A stretch of DNA of 35,700 bases, taken from assembly GCA_964430065.1 (NCBI GenBank), contig CAYSEP010000002.1:10973-46672 (forward strand). The letters are read 5' to 3'. The stretch comes from an uncultured Candidatus Peribacteria bacterium. GTDB taxonomy: Bacteria; Patescibacteriota; Gracilibacteria; BD1-5; UBA2023. Below are positions 10,195 through 22,400 of this stretch, piece after piece (position 1 is the first letter of the stretch; the number at the start of each line of letters is the position of its first letter). The translations under genes were made by a program, and so were the position numbers. The notes under the pieces were generated by a model, which saw only the letters and a list, made by a program, of their open reading frames with translations, was not told the origin of the DNA and ran no database searches.

Positions 10195-11448
10195 TTATGG
10201 TGTGGTAAGAAGTTCTTTGGTATCTTTTTTTATCATTTCTACTGCTTCTCACTTCGTGAGTCTTTCTATCACTTGTTTAGCTCATTCGAGTTGTCTATCA
10301 TATCATCCGAATATATCTTTTTCTGTGAGTGGTACGAAGACATCTGGGGTGATCGCACTCTTATCGATACTCCTATCTTTTGGTGTATACCACCTTCCTA
10401 TAGTAATCTTCAGCATGCTTCCATCAGAGAGGATAAATGGGGTTTGCACTGATCATTTCCCGTACGATTTTTCTCCGATGATCACCGCTCGATCATAATC
10501 CTGAAGAGCTCATGCGACGATCTCTGTAGCAGATGCGGAGAGATTATTGATCATCATCACTATCGGTATTTTTCTTTCTCATCATGTGACTTCTGTGGTT
10601 GTGTATTTCTCTGTTTTTGTGGGATCATTTTCTCGGGTGATGACGGCAGTAGATCCTGGATCAAGAAGAAATGAGAGAATCCCGACAGCACTTTCGAGGT
10701 ACCCTCCACCATTATTACGAAAATCGAGGATAATTGCCTTGGCTCATGAGTTTGTGAGATTTTTGAGTGAGGTGGCAAACTCACGCTCTGTATGTTCTCC
10801 GAAAAATGCTACTTCCATGTATCCGACCGTTCCTCCTGTAAGGATCTTCTCATACGTAGATGGGATAATGATAGTATCACGTATAACATCTGTTTTTTTA
10901 CTTTCGTATTTCTCGCCATGAAGATAGGTAAGAGTGACTTTTGATCATTTTGGTCAACGGATTTTTTTTACCGCCTCTTCTGTCGAGAGTCATATCATAC
11001 TTATTTCTCCGACATGAGTAAGAATATCGCCATGTACCAGTCATGCTTTCTCTGCTGGTGAGGATGGGAACACTTTTCGCAACGCAATACCACGGCTCGT
11101 AGCATCTATCACAGCACCTATTCCTTCGAAATCTCACCTGAGTACCTCATCGAAATCTTTTGCTTCTTTTGGTGGAAAATAATCACTATGCTTATCACCG
11201 AGAGATCGCACCATAGCTGATACCATACCATCTTCTATTTCTTCTTTCTTTTTTTCTGAAAAATGATAATATTTTTCGACGATCATTTTTTTCACTTCTT
11301 CTATTTTATCTGACTGAAAAACATCTCACGATCATGAAAAATAATGATTTTCTCAAGTTTTTGATTCTCATTTTCAAATGAAAAATCCAAGAACAATAGC
11401 AAAAGCAATAATAATAGCACTTTGTATAAATTTTTGTGTAAAAGTCAT
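10195..11448 (-). CDS. ctp: Carboxy-terminal processing protease, S41 family, with PDZ domain
   Basis: The frame is open from ATG 11448 to TAA 10195-10197, with many TGA and no TAA/TAG (checked line by line). It has an N-terminal TM helix, a PDZ-like GIGAVIDATSRGIALRKVFPSSPAEKAGLVHGDIL segment, then ILDFRNNGGGYL and [38 protein letters not shown]. Confidence 0.85.
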
Positions 11449-11725
11449 GGAAAATGATTCTCGAAGATATATAGGAAATAAGTGTAGGAAAATATAGGAA
11501 AAACACAAATCAATATATTTTCTTTTTTCACAATTATTTGACTGTCAAAAAGTAAAATAACTTCTCTTCCAAAAAAGGATACTATAGAATAAATCTTATT
11601 TCTTTGTAGAAAACTTTTGTTTTGATTTTCCTCTCTAATGAAGAAAAGAAATGAAACAAGGATATCTTATAATAATACTATAATATAAATTATAAAAAAC
11701 AGGTATTATTCTTTATAGGCTTCTC

Positions 11726-11753
11726 TTGTAAAAAAAGCATTTTCTTATACAAT
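11726..11753 (+). promoter_or_regulatory. Candidate promoter giving a near-leaderless transcript for the 11762 ORF
   Basis: TTGTAA (11726-11731), a 16-nt spacer, then TACAAT (11748-11753). The ATG at 11762 is only 8 nt after the -10 box. Confidence 0.35.
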
Positions 11754-11761
11754 TTCGACGT

Positions 11762-11983
11762 ATGAATATATGATCTTTTTTTTCTTCGAGAAAAAATGAG
11801 GAAGAAATACTCAAAAAAATAATATACACACTCGATATATCTGATTCAGAAAAGGAACTTTACTGTATTTCTCTGGAAATACTCGATGATAAAGAATTCA
11901 CTCTGTTTTTCGACAAAATAATGAGCCAAGTGAATAATACTGGATACTCAAGAATAGCGCCACTTACATCAAATCTTCTCTAG
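11762..11983 (+). CDS. Small hypothetical protein (73 aa)
   Basis: ATG 11762 to TAG 11981-11983 with one in-frame TGA. Translation is MNI-G-SFFSSRKNEEEILKKIIYTLDISDSEKELYCISLEILDDKEF.... It sits 3 nt upstream of the next CDS. No homology recognised. Confidence 0.35.
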
Positions 11984-11986
11984 AAT

Positions 11987-13342
11987 ATGCAGTTTCGTGC
12001 CATCTGTTCAAAATGAAATCAAAAACTTACTCTTTCCCTTAGTGCCTCATCAATCGATGAAGCACGAACCATGCTGCACGGACAAGGGTATTCTATTATG
12101 GAAATTCAGGAAGAATGAGTGTCGATAAAAAAAGATGAATCCAATGATAATTTTTTCTATTTCGATGCTATTATTAACGGTCAAGTAAAATCAGGTAAAA
12201 TCCAATCTGTCGATGTTTTTAAAGCATACACCAAGCTCGTAGATGATCTCGGGTATAATATACTCTACATATACACAACCGAGGGGATGAATGAGACACA
12301 GAAAAAAGTGATCACAGCGAAAGTAAAAGATGGATATGTGATGTACAAACAGAGTATGGGTTTCGATATGAGTGAGAAAAAGGAACAAACAGAGCGTGAA
12401 ATCTCGATGGCAGAGATATCTCCTACGGTTCTCAAAGAACTTGCTCATTACAATGCTATTATTGATTCGACTGTAGAAAAAATCCAAAATCTCTTTCTCA
12501 AATACCACAAAACTATCACTCCTGAAAAAAAGAAAGAACTCGAAAATATAGAATCAAATCTTGCTCAAACCAAAGGACTTTCCAATCTCTGAAGAATGAA
12601 AATGATAGTAGAGTGAGCCCTTACGACCATAGGAAAACTTGAGTCAGAGCTTGTAAAATGAGGACTTGATACCGATAAACAGAAACTCATGGATGAGACG
12701 AATGCTCTCCTGAAACAAATCTGATCCAGTGAACGTATAGAAAGTAATGAAACAAAACCATGAGATATAGGTAAGAGTATTTCGAATTTTTTCGAATCCT
12801 TCCAAAAAAAAGATGTATCAAAATCTGAACAAAAAAAGAAGGTGGATACCAATTCGTTTATCTTCTATAAAAATCTTCGAGAACTCAATATCTATAAACA
12901 AAATCTCAATAAAGTTGTTATTGATATCATCAAAGCTATTTTTACTTTCCAATTCTCTCAAGTAAAGCGTCTCCGTCTCAAGAAAAAACTTCTCGAACAG
13001 GATATACAAATTATCGATAACCGTATCCACAATAAAAATATATCCTATACGAAAATAGTAAAATGAAGTCAGTATTATGTAAATATTTTTCTTGAATTTT
13101 TTCAAAGAATTGGTGATATTTTTCTCTATGGAATGGTTATATATACTGTTTTTTATATGTTTCTACGAGCATGAGAGCATCTCGGGTATATCACATTTTC
13201 TACGGATCTTTGATTTTTCCTCTTTCTTGCTATATTTGCAAGTATCGCTTTCTTATTTTCTTTTTTCCGATCCATTCTTTCGCTTTTTATAGGGTGAGGT
13301 TTTTTCCTATTTCTTTTTATTTTTCTTACTATTAATTTTTAG
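11987..13342 (+). CDS. Hypothetical 451-aa protein: two GspF/PilC-N-terminus-like repeats, a long coiled coil, C-terminal TM helices
   Basis: A single frame runs from ATG 11987 to TAG 13340-13342 through about 10 TGA and joins track ORFs 12119..12592 and 12842..13066. The N-terminus has FRAICSKGNQKLTLSLSASSIDEARTMLHGQGYSIMEIQE and FFYFDAIINGQVKSGKIQSVDVFKAYTKLVDDLGYNILYIY. The C-terminus is hydrophobic (IFLYGMVIYTVFYMF..., FFLFLAIFASIAFLF..., FFLFLFIFLTI). Confidence 0.65.
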
Positions 13343-13344
13343 AT

Positions 13345-14538
13345 ATGTATGCGCTTCTTATAGCTATACATGCCGTATTTATTGGGATTGCTCATATTTT
13401 TTCGTATCGGATTTTCGAAGGAGTATTTCTTCTTCTCGGCTGTTTCTTTCTTTTTTATTTTTCCCCACTCTTTTTCCTTGATAAAGAAGAGAAAAAAGAA
13501 GGTGCTTCTTTCTCACTGACTGATATATTTTCAAGCGTCTCTCTCAAAAACTCCTTTCTCATACCGATGGGTTTATTTTATGTAGGACTTTCCCTTCTTC
13601 TTTATTCTCTGTTTGGTACAAAAGAGGGACTACTTTTTATCCATGCGGTGATCGTCATCCTTCTTTATGCAGTTTTTCTTGGATATGGGCTCTTATTTTA
13701 CTGGAAACACGATGTATTCTTCGAAGCTTTACGATTCCACACTCTTTTTACCCTTCTTGGGACCATTCTTCTCATTTTTTCGAATATCCTTTCAGGAATT
13801 TCATATGAGATGCTTCACTTACTTCTCCTTATTCTTGGTATCGGTGCAAGTATATTTCTTCTCACATTTACGAGAAAAGAGGGCTATACTTTCCTTATTA
13901 CTCTTCTGTTTTCCCTCTTTCTCACTTGTATTCTCTCATTTCTTTTGGTATTTCCTAGACCTGAAATCATCACTCTATTTGCTCTGTCACTCGCCATTTC
14001 TTGTATTTTCTTCGACCTTCTTCCGCGCCTCCCCCTCCTAGAAAAATATACTGCCATAATCCGTTATTTTGCTCTCACTATTTGTCTTGTGAGCACTATC
14101 TGACTCATATCTTTCGTTTTTATCGAGTTTTCTACTCTCGGTGTTTTGGCACTTTCGCTGAGTTTCTTCTTCCTCCTTTCTATTCATATACGCTTTACCA
14201 ACTATATTGGCTATATTTTTGCGCTATTTCTCCTCTTTTTTCTCTACTCTGTACTCTTTATCGGACTTCTCGATCCTTCGACACCGATTTCCCTCTTTCT
14301 TTTTATATTTTTCCTTCCTGTACTCCTTCTCTGATCCACCTATATTATCGAAGAGGCACATACGTATGACTTTATCATTCTCCACTACTCGAGTATAGGT
14401 TTTAGTGTAGCGTATTCTCTCTATTCCCTCTTTTTTCTCGGGTGGTGAGGTGATATATTTTTTATCTTATCCTTTACCTTTTTTGGTATTGCACTCCTCT
14501 TATTTCTGAGCTATTTCCGTTTCCGTAAAATTCACTAA
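13345..14538 (+). CDS. Polytopic integral membrane protein of unknown function (397 aa)
   Basis: ATG 13345 is 2 nt after the upstream stop. The frame joins track ORFs 13345..14103 and 14146..14334 through 3 TGA and ends at TAA 14536-14538. It is almost entirely hydrophobic helices rich in Phe, Leu and Ile. Confidence 0.7.
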
Positions 14539-14549
14539 CTCATTTTCCC

Positions 14550-15941
14550 ATGATTTCTCTCATTTCTTCGCTGAAAAATCTCTCTGCACATACACTCCTT
14601 CTCGAGGTAACCGATACAAAATCGATCCAGTACTATAAAGATCTGGGTATCGATGATACAGTTCTCGATCATGCTCTCAAGAACCTCAAAAAAAAGAAAA
14701 ATGAGAAGAGTATGAGTTTTTATGGAGATTTTTTTGGTGCAGAGCGCCTCGATATGTGTTTTCCGAAAAAAGACGCACTCCTCGATGATAGGTGCGATGC
14801 GCTTCGAAATGCACCGAAAAACACCCTATTTCTTCCCGCAGGAGACTTCATAGCTGCGTATGAGGCACTTACCCTCTCTACCTACTCATACGATCGATTT
14901 ATCACGAAAAAAGAGGAGAAAAACTATAGTATGTTTGTTCCTGAGACTGAGAAAAAAAATATTGAGAAGACAAAACCCCTTCTTGACGCGATCGTACGAG
15001 CTCGAGACATCATCAATCTTCCTCCGACAGACACTCGCCCGGAAGCCCTCGTCGAGTATATAAAAAACTTCAAATGGAAAAATTTCAAACTTCGAATCAT
15101 CGATGCAAAAGAGCTACAGAAACTGTGATGTAATCTCCTCCTTGCTGTATGAGCTGGAAGCGACTACCCACCGTATATGGTCATCCTCGAGCGTATCATC
15201 GATAAAAAACTCGATACGTATGCCCTCATCGGAAAGGGTGTCACCTTCGATGCAGGAGGATTGCAAATCAAGCCAGACACGGCTATGCTCGATATGAAGT
15301 GCGATATGTCCTGAGCGGCTGGGATGCTGGGTGTAGCCGAGTACCTCGATACGCTTTCTACACTTCCTGTGAATCTGATTATCGGCCTCGGTATCACAGA
15401 AAATGTGATCAATGGAAAGGCATTCAAGCCACTTGATATCTATAAGGCTTACAATGGTACGACTGTAGAAATACATCATACTGATGCTGAGGGTCGACTG
15501 GTTCTGGCTGATGTCATGAGCTATATCGATGATCTCTACGCGCCGAAACATATGATCACCATGGCGACACTTACGGGTGCTTGTGTCTATGCTCTCGGGC
15601 ATGACATCGCTGGAATCATGGGTGATGACGAGAAAGTGATCGATGCTCTTCTTGGAGCTCAGTCTCCTTATGAAAAACTCTGGAGACTTCCCCTCAATGA
15701 AAAACTCAAAAAATCACTCAAAGCCGATATCGCTGACCTAAAAAATGTGGCTCGAAGTGAAAAGGCGGGTTCTTCTATCGGGTGAGCATTTCTCTCCTAC
15801 TTCCAAGGAAAGGCGAAACTGACACACCTGGATATCGCTGGTCCTGCCTATCGTGAGACGAACTGGGGATATATGCCGAAGTGAGCTACTGGATGGGGCG
15901 TCAAAATCCTTTCTGAATATATTCTTTCTCTCAAGAAATAA
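14550..15941 (+). CDS. pepA: Leucyl aminopeptidase, M17 family
   Basis: Track ORFs 14550..15128 and 15324..15785 plus the tail are one frame with 5 TGA. Motifs: GKGVTFDAGGLQIKP, MKCDMS-TGA-AAG (conserved DM-x-GAA), HHTDAEGRLVLAD, HLDIAG. Confidence 0.88.
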
Positions 15942-16549
15942 TGAATCTCCTTGCCCTTCTTCGTGAGATATTTATGGAGCAAGATGTTTTCTCGAAGCCA
16001 AAATTTCTCGGAGAAGACCTGACGCTTCATTACCAGAAAGAACGAGGAAATATAGAAATGGACAAGATTTTCGTCGCAACCAAGTATAGTGAGGTAGAAA
16101 AAATGGTCGAAAGATTCAAATATTTTTCTGACAGAGAACATGTCGAAGTATTTGGCGAACTATTGGCGAAGGTTGTCGAACAACGATGAATAAAAGATAG
16201 AGAAAAATCCGTCTTTGTTCCTGTTCCGATGCACTGGAGTCGGTATCTCATTAGAGGGTTTGATCATACGAACTATATTGTCGAAGATCTGTCGAAGAAG
16301 ATAGCTATTCCCGTGCAAAAACTCCTCAGTACCAAATGGTCTCGTCACCAATCTCATCTTTCCCGAGAAAAACGACTTGAAAATAAAAAAAATCGCTTTA
16401 GAATGATCCCTCACGGAGAAATTCCAGATACGGTTATCCTTGTCGATGACATTATCTCTACAGGATCGACTGCTCTGGAGTGCGCGAAGGTGCTGAAGTC
16501 ACATGGAGTCAAGCATGTCATAGGACTCTTCCTCGCTTCAAATTTCTAG
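15941..16549 (+). CDS. comF: ComF-family phosphoribosyltransferase-domain protein
   Basis: The ATG overlaps the pepA stop (TAATG). Track ORFs 15941..16189 and 16229..16549 are joined by one TGA. It has the PRTase motif VILVDDIISTGSTALECAKVL at the C-terminus. I saw no N-terminal CxxC zinc finger. Confidence 0.75.
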
Positions 16550-16603
16550 AAATAATCGTGAAAATCCCGAAATTTATCGTCTAAAACCTCATATAGAGCT
16601 ACT

Positions 16604-19453
16604 ATGTCAGAATTCATAGAAATCATCGGGGCTGAGACCCATAATCTCAAAAAAGTCGATATAAAAATCCCAAAAAATAAGCTTGTCATCATGACGGGTG
16701 TTTCTGGTTCGGGTAAATCTTCTCTGGCATTCGATACACTCTATGCTGAGTGACAGAAACGCTATCTCGAATCTCTCTCTACCTATGCTCGTATGATCGT
16801 CTCCGAGACATCGAATGAAACCAAGGTGCGAGAAATACGAGGACTTTCGCCAACGATCGCCATAAACCAAAAAACAGTGTCGAACAATCCTCGTTCGACA
16901 GTCGGAACTATCACAGAAATCTATGACTACTATCGACTTCTCTATACAACAATAGGACACGCATACTGTCCGAACCACCCACATATCGAACTCAAAAAAG
17001 ACACTATACAAGATGTTGTCAGACATGTGGCGAAGTATGGCGAAGGTTCTAAGTTCCATATACTCATCCCTCTCGATAAAGATGAGGAAATCTCTACTGT
17101 CGACGATGTGGCGAAGTATGTCGCAGATCAGGGATTTGTCCGATTCCAGATCGGTCAGGAATCTTTCTCTGTCGCAGATTCGTATCCTGGAAGAGCGTAT
17201 GATGGTGAAGGATATGTCATCATCGATCGACTCGTGGTAAAGTGAGGGGAAGATGAGAAATACCAGTTCGAAACACGACTCAAAGATTCTCTTTCACTTG
17301 CTTTTAATAAAGGGGAAGGGAACCTTTCTCTCTATATTCTCGATACAGAGGAGAAGGTTGATTTTCACCAAAATGCTTCTTGTCCTCTCTGTGGACATCA
17401 CCAAGAAGATCTTATTCTTTCGAATTTTTCTTTTAACTCTCACCACGGAGCGTGTGATGTCTGTCATGGTCTAGGTGCCTCTACGACATTTCTCGAGAAA
17501 GATGTCGTCAATCCTGATCTTACTATTGCTGAATGAGCACTTCTTCCCTGGAGTGCTCACCCTTATTATAGCCTCGTCCTCGAAGCGGTATCGGTTCGAG
17601 AAAAGATCGACATGCATGTGCCATTTGGCGAACTGAGCGATAAAGATAAGAAAAAGATCCTCTACGGTGTGACAGGCAGTTTCGAAATTCCCTATGTCGG
17701 CAAACATGACGACGGGAAAATCCATAAAGCTCGGTATGAGTGACTGATCCCAAATCTCGAGCGTCGGTATACAGAATCGGATATGGGAAATGATGCTTTT
17801 TTTAAGCGAATTGCTAACTTCGCCACAGAGCAAATCTGTCGAAGTTGTGGCGGACATAGACTGAAAAAACAGTACCTTTCCGTATTGGTATGAGGAAAGA
17901 ACATTGGCGAACTTACGAGCCTTTCTGTCGAAGATTCACTTATTTTTATGCAGTGACTCGTTTTTACGAAAGAAGAACAAGAGATCACAGTGGCGATCAT
18001 GAAAAATATCGTCGAGCGCCTCGAATTCCTTTCCTGAGTGGGACTGGACTACGTCACTCTTGCTCGTCGTGCGAACACTCTCTCGGGTGGAGAGAGTCAG
18101 CGTATCCGCCTTGCTACCCAGATTGGTACCAGACTTGAGGGGATTATTTATGTGCTCGATGAGCCATCGATCGGACTCCATCCACGAGACAATGAAATGC
18201 TCATAAAAAATCTCAAAAGGCTCGCAAGCATAGGAAATAGTGTCGTGGTTGTCGAACATGACGAGGACATCATGCGTGAAAGTGACTATATTATCGATAT
18301 TGGTCCACGCGCTGGTATACATTGAGGTGAGGTCATATTCACAGGGACATACGAAGAGATACTGAAATCCAAAAACTCTGAGACAGGAGACTATCTTGCC
18401 TGACGAAAGTATGTCGAACGTCGACACTTTGTCGATAAAGTGTCGACATCGTATATCGCCATCATGGGTGCTGAAGAAAATAACCTAAAAAATATCAATG
18501 TCCGTATCCCACTCAACTGTCTCACGGTGGTGACAGGAGTTTCTGGATCGGGTAAATCCTCACTCATCATCGACATACTGTCGAACAAACTTCTCAATCA
18601 CTTCAATGGTTCGACACTGCCTGTCGGAAAACATCGAAGTGTCGAAGGCCTCGAAAATGTCGATAAAGCCATTATCATCGATCAGTCACCAATAGGGAAG
18701 ACCCCCCACTCGAATATCGCTACCTATACAGGAGTATTTACCTATATCCGTGAAGTATTCGCAGCCTCTCACGAGGCTCAGAAGCGAGGTTATGGTCCAG
18801 GGAGATTCTCGTTCAATACCAAATGATGACGCTGTGAAGTATGTGAGGGAAGTGGGGTGAAGAAGATAGAAATGCACTTCCTACCTGATGTTTATGTAGA
18901 GTGTGAGTCGTGTGGTGGTACCAGATACAATCCCGAGACGCTCGATGTGAAGTTCAAATGAAAAAATATCGCTGAGGTTCTCGCTATGACGATCGACGAT
19001 GCGTGTGAATTTTTCATCGCATTTCCTCGTATCAAGCGTGTTCTCGATGTTCTCCAGGATGTCGGACTCGGCTATATCACTCTCGGACAATCAGCGCCGA
19101 CACTCTCGGGCTGAGAAGCTCAGCGTATCAAGCTCGCATTCGATCTTGCGAAAAGATCGACAGGGAAGACTCTCTATATCCTCGATGAGCCGACAACTGG
19201 ACTCCACTTCTCCGATGTACAAAAACTTCTCGATATTCTCGATGCTCTGGTGCAGAAATGAAACAGTGTCGTCGTGATCGAGCATAGTCTCGATATCATT
19301 GCCAATGCTGATGCTATAATCGATATAGGTCTTGAGTGAGGCGATCGGGGCGGGTGACTTCTTTTTGCTTGACCGCGAGAGAAGTTCCTCTCTGTCGAAG
19401 ATTCTTATACGGCGAAGGCTCTGAGAAAATATGTATCACAAAGAAACAAATAA
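16604..19453 (+). CDS. uvrA: Excinuclease ABC subunit A
   Basis: 949 aa in one frame with 17 in-frame TGA. Motifs: [46 protein letters not shown], a second [44 protein letters not shown] and [10 protein letters not shown]. Confidence 0.93.
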
Positions 19454-19476
19454 AAATCCCCGAAAGGGGATTTTTA
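19452..19476. terminator. Bidirectional hairpin terminator between the convergent uvrA and giant surface-protein genes
   Basis: AAAAATCCCC, loop GAAA, GGGGATTTTT. A/T runs on both sides allow it to work for both converging transcripts (uvrA stop 19451-19453; giant gene stop 19489-19491). Confidence 0.7.
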
Positions 19477-19488
19477 TAAGACGGGTTT

Positions 19489-22400
19489 TTACTCGACTTC
19501 CATCTCTTCGACGATAAGGGCTGCGGCATCTTCTCGAGAGAGGATCTCCTTATTGATTACCGGAGCATGAGCATCTCATGTTCCTTGTGCTGCATCGAGA
19601 AGCTTGAGAGCCTCACCAAGCGTGATAGCATCATTTGGACGGAATTTTTTCATATCTGGATTGATCCAACCCATGATAACTCAGAATTCGACATATTTCT
19701 GGAACTCAGATCCCCGCATATCCGTGAATGAAGTTTCACCTTCTCACATGTCCTCGAATCCATATGCAAGTGAGAGTACTTTCACGAACTCTGCACGAGT
19801 CATAGGTCTTTTGGGGTCAAATTTCTTAGTATTTTTCACATAACCCTTTTCTATAAGTGTCGTGATGGCATCATGTGATTCAGAATTGGCTATATCGTTT
19901 ACTACGATGGATATGCTTTCCACAGGACTGATCCCCTCCACTGTCTCCGAAGCTTGTGTTTCTCTGTTTGCTTTTTGTTCTCTGAGAATACGCTCGAGAG
20001 CAGTGATGCCGAGAGTCATGTTCTGGTTTTGTAGAGCAGTTTGACCATTTGGATTACTAGAAACGAGAGGACTTACAGCAGTGCTTGCTGATCCACCCCC
20101 ACCACCCCCACCAGCACCAACTGCTGGAGCCGTGACTATGGGTGCTGCGACGATCACATTCACGATACGAGAGACGGGAGTTGCTGTATTTCCGACACTA
20201 TCTGACACATTATAGGTGAGCGTATATGATCCGATAGTTGCTGTAGTCACACTGCCTGACACGGTGACTGATGGAGTGATCGTACCATCGACATTATCAG
20301 TGGCTATAACTCCCATGTCGACGTATGTCGATCACTGGCTTACTGTTGTGGGACTCACTCCCAGGAGAGTGATCACTGGTGCTGTCGTGTCGATGTTCGC
20401 CACGTTCGCCACTGTCGATCCGGTGTTTCCACCAGTCATATCTTGGAAGGTGAAAGTAAATGAACCATTTGTCGTGAATGTATATGTGGGACTTCCACCA
20501 TTATTGGTAATAACAATAGACTCACTTGCTCATGTAAGAGTTGCTGTGACACTACCACTGGTTGTCGAAAGTGTCGAATACGTCACACTTGCCGTCGGAG
20601 AAGTTGTATCAACTACGTTTACGGTACGGTTTACTGATCCAAGATTTCCCGCACCATCGGTGTAACTGTACCCCAGTACGTATGTTCCTATTGAGCCTAT
20701 ATTTACAGAACCGATAGTTGGGGTGGATATAGTCCCACTTCCATCTACATTGTCTGTCCACGAAGCTCCGAGTTCAGTATAACTACTTCCGATTTCTACA
20801 TTCAGTGCTGCAGATCCAAAGAGAGTGATCACTGGTGGTGTGGTATCAGGAGCTGAGAGGACATTTACTGTACGACTCGTCGCACCAGTATTTCCAGAAA
20901 TATCCGCATACTCGTACTCCAGAAGATAACTCCCAATAGTATTTGTATCTACACTTCCTGAGAATGGTGTCATAACCACTCCAGTTCCATCATGAATATC
21001 TGTCCATGATGCTCCACTCTCTGTATAAGTATCTCCTACTACGAGACTCACAGGACTTCATCCTATAGGAGAGAGAACTGGTGCGGTGGTGTCTACGACA
21101 TTCACACTACGGGTTGCTCCGATTCCTACATTTCCAGACAGATCAGCATATTCATATCAGATAGTGTACGTTCCGAGTGTATTCACATCGAGACTTCCAC
21201 TATTGTATCCACTGATCATACCAGTTCCGTTGAACCCATCATCCCACTCTGCTCCATCATCAACAAATGACGAACCATACTCCACATCTACAGAAGAGAC
21301 TCAGAGAAGTGAAATTGTTGGTACTGTCGTATCGACAACATTCACAGTTCGTGTGACTTGTGTTGCCGGGTTTCCACCGGCATCAGTGACATCGTAGGTG
21401 ACGATGTATGTTCCTGTGAGAGCTGTATTTACTGGATTCACAGTATTGATACTAACTGTGATATCTCCATCGATATCATCGATTGCTGTTGCCCCATCAT
21501 CAGTGTAGAGAGAACCCTGTTCTACTGTAATCGGTGAGCTTCCTGAGAGAGTAATCACGGGAGGAGTCAGGTCAGGTCCTGAAAGCACCTGTACTGTTCG
21601 AGTTACACTCCCAGTGTTTCCTGAGCTATCCGCATGGATGTAGTCGAGAAGATATGTACCAGTACTATTCGTATCGACTGTTCCTGAAGATGCTGTCAGG
21701 ATAGTTCCGTAGACACCATCGACATCTGTCCAGTATGCCCCACTCTCTGTATAGGTATCTCCGACTACTACATTCACCGTCGCTGCCCCAGAAAGAGTCA
21801 CGACAGGATCTACAGTATCTTCTACGATAACTGTACGACTCACTCCTGTTCCCATATTCCCAGCCCCATCTGTATACTCATACGATACTATATACGTTCC
21901 GAGTGTTCCTGTATTCACACTTCCACTCGTATATCCACTGATGACACCACTTCCGTCTACATTATCCGTCCATGACGCACCATCATCAACAAATGACGAA
22001 CCATACTCTACATTCACAGTAGCACTTCCTGAGAGTGTGATCACTGGTGGTGTGGTATCATTCACAGTGACAGTGCGGAATCACATACCTACATTTCCTG
22101 CTCCATCAGTATATCGGTACTCTACAAGGTACGATCCTACCGTATTGGTATCTACAGAACCTGTATATGGTACTGCGAGAAATCCTGTTCCATCCACATT
22201 ATCGGTCCATGATGCCCCACTCTCTGTATAACTATCCCCCTGAGTGAGAGTGATGAAGCTTCCATCGACGGGAGTCACGATCGGAGCAGTGTTGTCTACG
22301 ACATTCACTGTACGAGTTACACCAGAGCTATTCCCTGCTGCATCTACCTTCAGATACTCCAGAATATAGGTTCCGAGTGCTCCAGTATTTACACTTCCAG

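Noticed and set aside
8916-19453. glyA, ctp, pepA and uvrA appear as strings of short ORFs, which could be read as pseudogenes or sequencing frameshifts.
   Set aside because: All fragments of each gene are in the same frame and are separated only by TGA triplets at conserved Gly positions. No TAA/TAG or frame changes are needed. This is recoding, not decay.
20094-20122. C-rich tract ccacccccaccacccccaccagcacc (poly-Gly on the coding strand) as a slipped-strand phase-variation switch.
   Set aside because: The homopolymer runs are only 5 nt and are interrupted. The 9-nt repeat unit is in frame, so slippage would change linker length and would not switch the gene off.
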